Positions 38,201-50,200 of a stretch of 64,000 nucleotides of DNA are shown here, piece by piece. The position numbers were made by a program, and so were the translations under genes. The first letter of the stretch is position 1, and every line of letters begins with the position of its first letter. The notes beneath the pieces were generated by a model. It saw only the letters and a program-made list of their open reading frames with translations, was not told where the DNA came from and searched no databases. Source of the DNA: Ophelia neglecta (lineage: Eukaryota); assembly GCA_965285935.1 (NCBI GenBank), contig OZ260665.1:27280001-27344000 (forward strand), read 5' to 3'.

Positions 38201-41200
38201 AGTGAATTTGGGGAGTCCTCTAGCTTATTAATTCTCTACTTATCTGCTCTTGTTAACCTCCGGAGCACTGTATCACTACCATTTAATCATAGGTGATTGG
38301 CCCAAAATACCATTAAGGGAGTATTCATGGGTTTTGTATGGCCTTTGACTAGGCCACACTCGTCTGGCATTTAGACTAGTCGTAATAAGAAGCCTGGTTC
38401 TCCTGAGATGCCATCCTTTATCCAAGAGCAGTGCTGCCAGAATGAGGGCAGCCGCTAGGCAGGTGTTCATGGCTAGATTGTTTCTTGCCTTAATGTATAA
38501 CAGGCTGACAGACTACAAAGGAATGAGCAATGAAGCTTCTGCAGGGACATATCTTCCTGGCCTTACTGGTCTAGGGGTGAGAATATCTCCAAAGCCAGGG
38601 CCTTGCTACCAAAGCCTTTAGTGCCTACTATGTTTTAGTCTGATCCTGTTGAAATGTGCAGATCTCTCAGCCTCAGTTCTCAAAGCACCTCCTAACCATG
38701 AATACACAGAAGGAATCTTTAATGTTTGGTTGTTGTGGCCTGGCCATGCAGCACTGTGTACTCATAATGTTAGCCTGAGTGCCTGAGCAGTGTCTTTGCT
38801 CAGCCAGAAAACATTTGAGGTTGTATGTAGCATGGGCTTTGTATTTGACCCTGTTCCAGGGCTGCAGCATTGAGACTTCGTCCTTGTTGCATATGACTCA
38901 TCTGTTCAGAGATGGACTCATCGATTCTGAGCTTCCAATCTAATTACCCCTATGTACAGTAGTGGCAACTCTCAGCATGGACTTGTGGGGCTGCTGATAT
39001 TTTCAACAGTTCTTATCCTCAGCAGCACAAAGGGATGTGTTGAGGAGGAAGAGGGGAGCAATCCAGGCCAATTACTGCCTGACTGACCACTCCGATTGCC
39101 TCCATTTTCATCAATGTAATGACCTTTTGTGGGAGGAGACAATATGGTATCTTGATTTGGACTGGAGTAATCTCTTGGTATATTTTGGTACAAATTTCAC
39201 TTATGGTAACAGTGAGTTAAGATGACGCAGGATGATATGCACAGAGATGTCCATTATCAAGCACACAGAAATGCCTACTTGAATTCTCGTCAAGCAAAGG
39301 CTGTGAAAGAGAGGTCATCAGAAAACTTCAAGACTCTGGCAGTTACTATAAGTACACAGGGAATTGGAATCAGCAGAGAATAGTGGGCAAGATCGATTTG
39401 TCTCTGTCCAGTAATTTTACATAATTATGTTTGCTTTTGCCCCGTATTTCAACAATCAATTAGGAAATATGCAATTGTGGCAGGCCAGTTGCTCTAATCG
39501 CCTGTGTGCCCCTCCTCAGCTTCTGACATTTGCTTCAATTTGGGACTATGACTTGGCAAATTCCCAGTCAAATTGGCCAAGCCTCACAGGAGAGCACTTG
39601 CCCAGAATGGAGATAATGAAGGGCCTACATACACAGGCTGTAACCAACTGTCTCAACAGTTTATTAGGAAGGAAATTGGCAATTCTGCCCCATGCAAAAT
39701 GATGAGATTGGGTTTCAGTCCACCCCCGCCTCCCTAATCCTCCTGGCCCATTGGCTCCTTAATCCTCCTGCTGGTTCCTCCTGCCATCATAATAGCCTAT
39801 TTTGAATTTAATTTCTGCTTCATATGCATGAAAAAAGTGTTTCTACCCTTAAACTGCAATGGTTTAATTAATATTTTTATTAAACATGTACAAGAAATTT
39901 AGTTGATATTATATATGTATTCTTAGTATTTTTACCTTTGTATTTCAGCAATTTGGAAACATATTAGATGTAGAAATTATATTTAATGAGCGAGGTTCAA
40001 AGGTATGTTGACAGCTAAACATTGTCCACCCATCTGATTTTGGAAGTGGAGATCAGCCGATTCACACAGACCTAATGATCCTAGTGAATCCCCTATCTTG
40101 TCGTTAAATATCCCATATCAAATTTGCAATCAAATGTGACATGTAAATTGAACAAGCTACCATTTGGCTCTTCAGAAAGGCTCAATTAATATTTGACAGT
40201 TAACTCAAGTAATTGATGATGTTTTCCTGAAAAGTGTGGTGGTATGAGGGTGATCTCCATTTCCTGTGCTAATTGTATTATTATTTAACTTTTGCGATAA
40301 TTTATCTAAGCTGCACTGCATACAGTAATCCAGTATGTAGGCTATGCAGTCTCTTTTAACATTAGAATTATGATACACATATTTTTAATCCATAAATGCC
40401 ACTATGATAACTAGTTAAATGTTAATTAATTTCTATGATAACAGTGGCAAATAGTTAGAGGTATAATGGAATTGTATATAACAGAATACACCTAAGCCTA
40501 AGTCCCATATGTGGTGCCATATTTTTTGTGACTTTATGTTAATTTTGGCCAATCTGAGATTCATAGCTCTAAGTGTCATGTATTCATCACTCATTCCTAA
40601 GCCATTCATGCTCCAAATATTTCAACTTTCCCTCTCATTATGAGTCTATGTCTATCTCTGCTCCCTATCTGTTATTTCTGATTTCCCTGACACAGTATTA
40701 TTTGGGTACAAAATGACCAGGGTCTGCCCTCACAATCTCTTTTGTGCTTCTCCGTAGAGTTTAGTAATGACAATTCTATAAGTTTCTTGCTGGCTGATTT
40801 TCTGTAGTGACTTGTCTTTCACTTAGTCTCACTGCATCGTAATCCTTGCTCATTTACTATCATGGCCACACAGTGTAATGAAAATTTGTATAGTAAAACT
40901 CTATTTTCACACTAAAATAATATAGACATTCATTGAATGATTGAGAAACATGTAAGAAGGAAAAGAAGCAATTTCAAATACATTGCCTAAAGTGCTGGTC
41001 TTTATTAAATAAAGAACCATGAGTAATGAATTAAATACATTCAGTAAATGATGTTGTTGGCCTAGTGCAACGGGCTTGTGAATGAGCTCGGATGTCCCTG
41101 TCTGACTGGAATGACGTTTGACACTCTATTTGTTTGTGGCTTGTGTCTGGGAATGAGATTGACCTGTGAAGTAAAGTGAATGCGAGCAGTAGAACACTGG

Positions 41201-44200
41201 TTAGATGGTCATGTCTGTCTCTATGTAGATCATCTTCCTTCAGTCTCCCCCTCTGTATCATCTCAGCCCTTCTGCTCTCGTCTGCTACATCCAATCTCTC
41301 CCATCTTTTCCCGTGTGTAGGCTCTTTGCAAATTGTTATGCACATCTATTTGACTTGCTTGTAGAGAATATATACGTATATATACGTGCCTTCTGATAAT
41401 GTATGGCATTCTGGCCACATCTAGCGCCACCTGTTTACCACTAGACTTCATTTCTGATACAGTACTTCCCATTTGATTAACTCAGGATAAGAGGTGATGA
41501 TACCCATGATTACAACTGTAAAGAGATAGGGCGAGGGATTGTATCATTTTCGCAATGTCTTAACCGCCCTAAGCTAGAATTTGTTAGATGCAAGTCAGTT
41601 GAGAAAATGCTCTATCTCTCGGCTGAATACCAAGGTGATTATGAGTAGTAAATACAGTGGCATATTTGTACAATTCATTTGCAAGGAGCTTTCACAGTGT
41701 CTTTAGTTTGCCTTCCGTTATATTGCAAAGTGACTCACATATAACTTGCACCACATCGGGGTTGATACAATGATACGTTCTGTGATGTTGGGTTCGTTCT
41801 GTGTCCCGTGTCTCTCCTAGCTAGTACACCTGTCTCTACGTCTGTCTGTGTTTGTGTGGCTTAGGAGCATGGGGAGCATGCTAACCGACACATGGCTACC
41901 ACCGTCTCCTTTACAGCAGAGCAGCAACATAGCGCATGAGCCCGTCTCTCTCCTTCTCATTTGTCTCATGCTACTGTAATCAACCATCATGTAATCAGAT
42001 CAGAAAAATGCTCAAATTCACCTTAACAATTAAATGGTAATCTGTGATAATCTATATTATACTATATCAATTTCAAAATATGAATGCATGTGATCTTTTC
42101 TAAGGATCATATACATGCTGTGTTTCGTTGATCTGCACGTATTTAATGCATGCCCCTTATTTTCCCCTTATTTGCATGCAGGGATTCGGTTTTGTAACAT
42201 TTGCAAATAGCGCCGACGCCGACAGAGCACGTGAGAAATTGAACGGCACAGTGGTTGAGGGACGAAAAATTGAGGTGCATGGTTATTTCCATATGTGGTA
42301 GCACATACACTAAATTGCTAAGTTATATTTATATTGTGCAGTATTAAGAAATGCCTGTGTACTGTTCAAATGTCTTGTCACCTCCATATATATATATATA
42401 TATACATATTTGCATATTCTTCAAAGTTTTCTCCCGACCAATGATATGATTGTCCGATCAATGAAATTCTAAAATCAATGCTTTCACGATGATGATTAGT
42501 GTATGCCTTCCCGATGTTAACTATTTAGAGACTGTGCATTTTGGTTTACATGTTGTACCAAACTTTTATCTGTATCCAGCTGATAAAGGAATGTGGAAGG
42601 TTTTTGTAACCAATCCTAAAATAAGTTTCCAAAACTAAAAGGAGATTGTAGTATTAGAAATTAAATAATCCTTCCATGTCCCCTTATAGCGTTTTGTATC
42701 TTCAGTCTGCAAATGCCCCTTTTGTATATATTAGAATTCAATTTCACCGCCCCTCCCTGCATAATGATTTGATCGTAATATCCAAAAAAAGTTGAGCTGC
42801 ATAATCTCCCTTTGAATGCATTCAACATTATTAAATGTGTATCATCTGCATTGGCATTTCTTGATGCTGAGTTTTTTTTCTACAATTTTTATTGATGTAG
42901 TTTGGCTTAGATTTTTTTGTACATAACATTGTACATAATGTAGTAGGCCTTCATAACAAATAACATTATGTTGAAAGCTCGCAGACACCACCAAATCTGG
43001 TTCTTGTTTCATACCCTGTATAGCGAAAAAGGCCAAACCGCGCTATTACATGACTCGTAAATATATCGGAAAAAGATGAAATAGTACATCTGTAGGTAGG
43101 TGAGACAAATTCTGCCAAATGTGAATAACCCAGAGACATCTCGCCACATTTTCCCAAGAGTGCTGTGTCTCATTCAACAGCAATTCAAATAGGCTGTTGC
43201 CAGATAAATTGGCCAATGCCAGACTAGTAGGAATCTTGCTATTTGAAATATGATTGTAATAACTAGCATGTGGTGCAGTACTGAAGAAAATTAAAGGTGC
43301 TGGACCACTAGATCAGGATCATATGTTATGTCTAAAGTCATAAGTTGACTGTTTAGTGCTTGTGAAAGACCACAAAATATGTATGGTTCCTAATAGGATA
43401 AAACATGATCAAAACATTACTACAATTAATACACAAGTTGTTACTGAGCAGAAGGCTATTGGTAATGTTGTGTGGACATGACACATCTGCCCCTTTGTGT
43501 GGACTACTCAATACATCACTGTGTAATTGGAAAAAAAGGTGTTGTCACCTTCAAAGACTTTAGATATGACAAGCTGACGTAAATCAAAACTGAAAATAAG
43601 AGATTAAATGACACACTGTATCAGTGTTTTGTTGTGTGTCAGACACTGCCCCTGTCAACTTCTTGAAAATGATTTCTGAAAGCCTTAGTTAAACATAGAA
43701 CTGCTCCATGGAAGCACTAGACTACAGATACAAAGGTACATGTTCATATACATGTAGTTTTGGACCAGGGCAGCACTATTTGAATTGCTGACTGTGCTTT
43801 TGGATTCATTATAGCTTTAGTACGTAGTAGACTTACCAGAATAATCAGTTGTTCAATCCTTTGACAAAAATTAAGCATAAATCAGAAGGTGTCTGGCTTT
43901 CCATTGTGTTTCAAAGTTTCAAAATTGATGGTAGTTTATTGTTCATGTGTAACTTTTGATGGCAAACATTTTGGATCAGTGCTGATCAGTGCAAATAAGA
44001 AGTCATCAAGTTTTAGTTTCAAAATTGTGGGTTAAGACGGGTATTATTTCTTCACATGAATATTGCTTTAATCAGACAAGATTTGTCTCAAAGTGCTGCC
44101 AGTGATCTGAAGTGTTTGTCCATACTACTATATGCTAAAGAAGATGGTGAACCTATTGTTGAGATATTGAACTTCATTCTTTATCATTTTGTCCACTTAG

Positions 44201-47200
44201 AATTGTGGGGGTGAGAATTAACACTTAGCATTTAATGATTTTATAAGCATACAAAAATTAAGAAAAAGAAACCCTAGAAAACAAGAAATTCATGGACAAT
44301 TTCTACAATTGAGGTTCAGCATGCTTTTTAGCCAACTGTATCATCCTTATAGATTTACAGTCAAAATATGGTTCATTGTATTTCATGACATTTCTGAATA
44401 ATGTGATTAGGATATGTGTGTAATTATGTAAGGACTAGGTTTTAATGGACTTCTCAGATAAACAGTTATGTATATATTTGTGCTGTAAATAGTAAAGTTT
44501 TTCTCAAGTAGTATCATGATAAATTATTCATCTTGTAACTTGCAATTTAAGTTTTTAAAATCAAGATAAGTTTCTTTCCATAAATTGAATGCAATGACCC
44601 ATTATATTCTTAATACTAGAGAAAGCATACTTTTATTATATAATTGGTAAAAGAGGTATTATATTCTTGTCTTTGAAGGTGTTTTGTACTTACATGTTGT
44701 AGTTGTATATCAATAATTGTGAAGTGGCCATGTTTTGACTGTAACAAACTGATTCATATCTTTGATAAAGATTGGGTATTTTCTTACTTCGCTTATACCA
44801 TATGGTTAACAAGCAATCCAACATTTTTAGGCAATTATATTTAAGAAGTTAAAATATTGAAAGCTTTCATGAAATTAATATTTGAAAATAATATTTATAT
44901 CAGTGAATATGCAATATACCTGGTATTTTAAACATGTAGAACTTTACTGCATGTATATTGTGAATTTCATATTATTAGGACCACTGGGGTTATCCAATAT
45001 GCAGAAAATTTAAGCTACATTTCTTGTCCTTTTTAACTTGTCCGTTTGTGTTATGAAAGGTATGAATCAATAAGGATAAATTGTATCTGCTTCCCAAATA
45101 TATCTGACCCTGGTAAGAACAAGTGCTATTTTTTACCTTCTAATGTCAATCGGATGCATTTATTGTTTGTAGGAATAAATCGAATATGGATTTGTGCGAT
45201 CTTGCAAAAAAACACTGTTCAAAGGGTCTCATATCTTTGGTTAAAGTACATTAATGTAAATCACTGCTAGGCCCACGACTTTTTTTATGACACTGTATGT
45301 TTTCCATTGATAGGTAAATAATGCAACAGCTAGGGTTATGACAAAAAAAGCAACCACACCGGGAGCCGTGGCTAACGGAGAACTTGGTAAGTACCCAGTA
45401 TGCCTCTCTTGGTAGTGGGATTACTGTATCAATATTATAGCACACTGGTTGGGCTCTAGGATAGAAAATTATTAAGTCTTTGGAAGCATCCGTTTCACCT
45501 TTTTCTTTCGTGTGATTGATAACACTTTCACCCGGTGAAAGCATCACTCCCAGGCGTAAACTACAAAGGCCTGTGATTAGCTGGTGAAGTGTTCATCCCG
45601 TGTTCCGTCACCTAGGGACACCTCCCTTCACCTCCTCCATTAACGGACCTACATTGTCCTTGACTGAGATGCGTTAGACTGCAAATCTCTGCCAATGTAA
45701 ATCACAGGATTTGCTATTTCCACTGAAGCTTTATCCCTTTGGGCCCCTTGCTTTAATTTGACCATCTGCCAGAACAGCATGTTTGTTACTGCCAGTGGAA
45801 ATCGATCTCCTTCACCTTAGCCACAGAGACCTAAATAATTTACACACTCCGCAGCCAACTTTCTCCTGGGCTGGCCAACGGTGAAAGCAACAAGTTATTT
45901 TATGTGGTAGGCCCCTGGCTACTGATTACCATGCATGTAATGAAACTTTTTTCCATTTATCAAAGTCTGTGGCATGTCAGATATGGGTTTGTTAATTAAA
46001 GCAAACTTATTGTTTCCTGCAGCTACCACAAGTGTATGAGGACAGGGCCTGTCCTTCAGATTAGCTTTGTTGCTCTCTGGTTTCAATAGTAACAGTGTGG
46101 CATGGTCGCTTAAGGTGTAAAGGTGCATCCAAGTCAAATCACTCATGTACGTCACTTCAAAGAGATGTCATGCACTCAGCTCTTATGGTTCATTATCTGT
46201 TATGGAGTATTATTTATGGCACATATAAATTTAGCCACCTGAAAATTTAAGTGACCCTAGTATAGTCCAGAAGGGGGTATATGTTGATCTATGTGCTTCT
46301 GATCCCATTCACTGCTGGGTCTCCTATATCATAGATGTATCAAATGGCCTCATTGTAAAGTATAATAGCAGCTTGGAGCCACCCAACACCCGGCTTTACA
46401 CCTTATCTCAATAGCAATGTATGCAGGGAATCCATCTTTATGTCTGACCTGCAAAAAAATACCACAGCATGTCTGTAGGAATGTGAGTGATTGTGTTCCA
46501 TCCTAAAGGGGTCTCAGTCAGCATAATAAGGACATACAAAGGGCTCCTATCAGTCTGTCTACTGCAGACTTGTATCTGTCTGTCTCAACCAGGACATGGC
46601 CGTTGATCAATTTTGACCATATTTTATAAATGTAGAACAGTATATAGATGAGCAGGTGTGTGTGAACCAGTAATGTATCAAACCATGTCTTTTATTTTAT
46701 AATTCACAGACCCGTCAATTGATCTGTTTCATTCCTCAGCTGCCGCGCTGAGAGGCGCCGCATTCACTAGGGGGCGAGTACGAGGGCCGTACCCGACTGC
46801 CGCAGCCGCCGCCGCCGCCGCTGCTGCTTTCAGACAACCCACACCACTCGCCACTCATCCAACAGGCTTGCCATATGCAACGTATGTATTCCCCGCTGAG
46901 AACTTCACTTACCAGTACTTACTACTTGGCAGGAGTACATTGAATGTTATCAAGTGTTACTCTGTAACTAGTAATACATCTACCCTCCCACACAAGTCAG
47001 TACAGAGAAGTATATTGGTGTGAAAATCAAAGGAGCCTTTTAGACATACAAGCTGTAATTAACCACTTCTAAGTCTATAAATATATAGCCAACTCTCCTC
47101 CATGTGATCAATATATCCCAATTCACATTGGATACCCACATACAGCTATATGTAACTGTATGCCTAGGGCCATGGATTTTGGTTTGTTGGTTTACAAAAC

Positions 47201-50200
47201 AGCTGACTGCAGTCACATGTACCTGAAAACATAGGTACTTTTTCCTTTAATAATTTAATTGTTGTGGTCCTTCCGTTGGTCCCTTTTTGTTGGAGGGTGA
47301 CTATAGCCCCATTCCCAAATATTTATGTATTTGCTATGAATTCTTTTCAAAATGCCTTTTATATGAATAAGGAGATAATCATCCTTTAGCGATAAGCCAT
47401 ATTTAGTGACAAGGCTTGGTACCACCTGACTTTGAGGTACTGATAGCTCCCCTGCCAGGCGCCCCGTATTTTGGGTGTAATATCAGGACTGTTCAACACG
47501 GTGTCAGTATAATATATAATGTGGGTGGGGTTCCCTGTCTGGTGTCTACGGCATGTACTCCAGAGATGCAGCACTCTAAAGAGGGCATTGAGCCCACTGT
47601 CACAAGGAGGCACTGTGGTGATATGACCATATCTGTGATGAAAGCCACATAAAAAACCCCAACCAACAAACCAACCAAGCCACCTGACTTGGTCGTCACA
47701 TTCAATGTACCACATTATCAATTTGATTTTGCAGTTAGTTAGTATCTAATGTAAACAGAATGATTATTTTGTACATAAAATACCGGTACGCATGTGCATA
47801 CTAACATTTGTTTGAACTCTGATTTGGTAGTTGTTCTATGATTTGTCGGTCATGGCCTGTCAACTTGTAACTACACAGGTTTTTTTTTTCAGAAGTGTCT
47901 ACCAGGACCCCTTCCTAGCCACTGCTTATGCCGAGAGATACCAGGTAAGATGTTTGTCCCCCCTCCATCCCCCTTGTCATCTCTTCTACATGACCTAGAA
48001 GATGACCCCCTCTAGTCCAACCCTTGTTCTTTCATTGATTATGTTATGGGAATGATACTCTTGAGAACATACATTGTGTTGTAACTATGTTTACATTTGC
48101 ATGGAGGTGCTGATCAGTATTAATTCTATATTGTGATGACTCTCTCTGCACATACTTGGATGAGACAATGATACTTTCCATTGGAAATATATGTAGAAAT
48201 TGGTAGTTAATCTCCGTAGACCAGCACACACAGCTTGATAATGTATTATTGGTTTGTATATATCTACATATTATATATTTACTCTGTTTGGTGTGATCAA
48301 GCCATTTCTTAGATGAACTTTTGACTTGTGTGATTTTCATTTGAACCTCCATGCTATGTCGCCCAAACTATTGACCAGTATGACAGCCTAAGAATACAAA
48401 ACCAATAGCTAAAAGCCTGAAATGAAATGAAAGCAAAATCCTCAGAGAATCTTCACATCTGACCCATTGAATTTGAAGTGGTTGGCCTGGGTTTAAAAGG
48501 AACTAATCTGATATTAGATTTGGTGTCTTGGATTGGCTACAAGTCTGGTCTGTGATATGAAACCAATTGTGCATATTGTGTATGAATTGATGAAGAATGA
48601 AGTTGTGTGTAATGCAAGCCAAAGACCCAGATTGTGGACTGTTTGTTAGCCATTATCATATCTTACAGCAAGCTTTTTACAATGTTTTAAATCCAAGTTT
48701 AATTTGATGAAGTATTTTTTGTGGCAAATGCCCCGAAATTAATTTGTGTTACTAGTATAATCAGCACTAGCCATGCAGACCCTGGATGAATATTTTTGTA
48801 CTGTTTAATTTGATTTGCAAATTTTAATTGTAGGCATGCCATTTATAGCAAGAAAAGCATGTTACTATAAGGTGGTTTTGACCAATGTAAGACATGCAAC
48901 AAACAAACCAGATTAGTCGTCAGGATCTGTAGAAGAGTACATTACTACAATTACTATGAAGTAATGAAGAAGGGTAGAAAAATAACTCTCCCCATAAACT
49001 GATAAATGGAGACACAGAAAATCTGTTTCTCTAAACTGTATTTCTAGTTTTATTGAAATTCTGAGGAGGTTAATAAGCAAAATGCCATAGCTTGCTTAGA
49101 TTATGAATAGGTATAGATATATATATATATAACAAATTAAACCTTGTTAAAAAATCAACCAATTATCACAATCCCACACAACCCACACGGATTTTTAGTA
49201 TTTGGCTTAAGTTTATAGGAAAAACACACTTTGTTAAGTTAAACTGGTTTTTTATAAGACACCCACATGCATTGGTGCATTATGAGCAATTTTGAACTTT
49301 TTTTCTGAAATTCTTTAATTGGAATAATTAAGATAATTTACTGTCCTTAAGTGTGATAGATTGAAACATAGAGGCTTGCATTGCAAGGCCAACAATTTTA
49401 TGCAAATTAAGATAATTTTGCCATTTGTTAATCAAGTAAATTCTAATTTGCATTTTCCTATTTTTGATACTAGGTGAAGGATGTGACCAAATTTTGTACC
49501 AGATCCTTCCCAATTAATTGAATAATTAATTTCCCCTATGATTTATTGACATTATTTATGGTAACTGATTTCACTTACTATGACTTGGCCTCACCGACAA
49601 TCTGAATGGCGTGTAGTAGTATCGTGTTGTGGGCTATAAACTACTAATATCATGGAAGGACACAGGTTGCGGTTGGCATCTCTCTACGTAGTGCTTGCTT
49701 GCACATTGGTCACACACAGATTTGTTCAAAACATAATTTGTTCTCCTGCTGAGTGTTTACAGTAGTCGGCTGCACTGGCCTCGTGGCCCACACACGACGC
49801 CAGCGCCACCTGGTAACAACCCACATAACCATTGACCCTAATCCATTGACCCGACTGACGACCTCCAGATTGACCTTTTTGATATGGAGATGGTGTTTTA
49901 GTTGGCCAGAGTAATCGGAACGAGTATTTGAATGAATGTTTGGTCTTCTTTGCTTTTTTAGCCATATGCTGCAGGGTATGCGGCTGCAGCAACCCGGTAC
50001 GCTATTCCCACTGTAGCCACTGCGGCTACATATGCGGCCACAGGGTATGTGACATGTCTCCCTTTGTCTCCACGAGTGCACTCCAACATGCTTCCAACTA
50101 TGTTTAGCCTCAGGGTGATTTGACTCCATACAATCGTTCAAAACAGCTAGCATCCTCGAGATGCACATACATTGCCCACCCTTCGTACCAGCCAATGAGT

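Noticed and set aside
45311-45319. AG|GTAAAT at the start of the VNNATARV exon as a recursive site
   Set aside because: Explained by conserved Val-Asn codons of a required coding exon.
32224-49815. CTCF-like motifs (CCAGTAGGCGGCAC at 32224; GCGCCACCTG near 41424 and 49803)
   Set aside because: Partial matches only; cannot be distinguished from chance without a PWM scan or ChIP.
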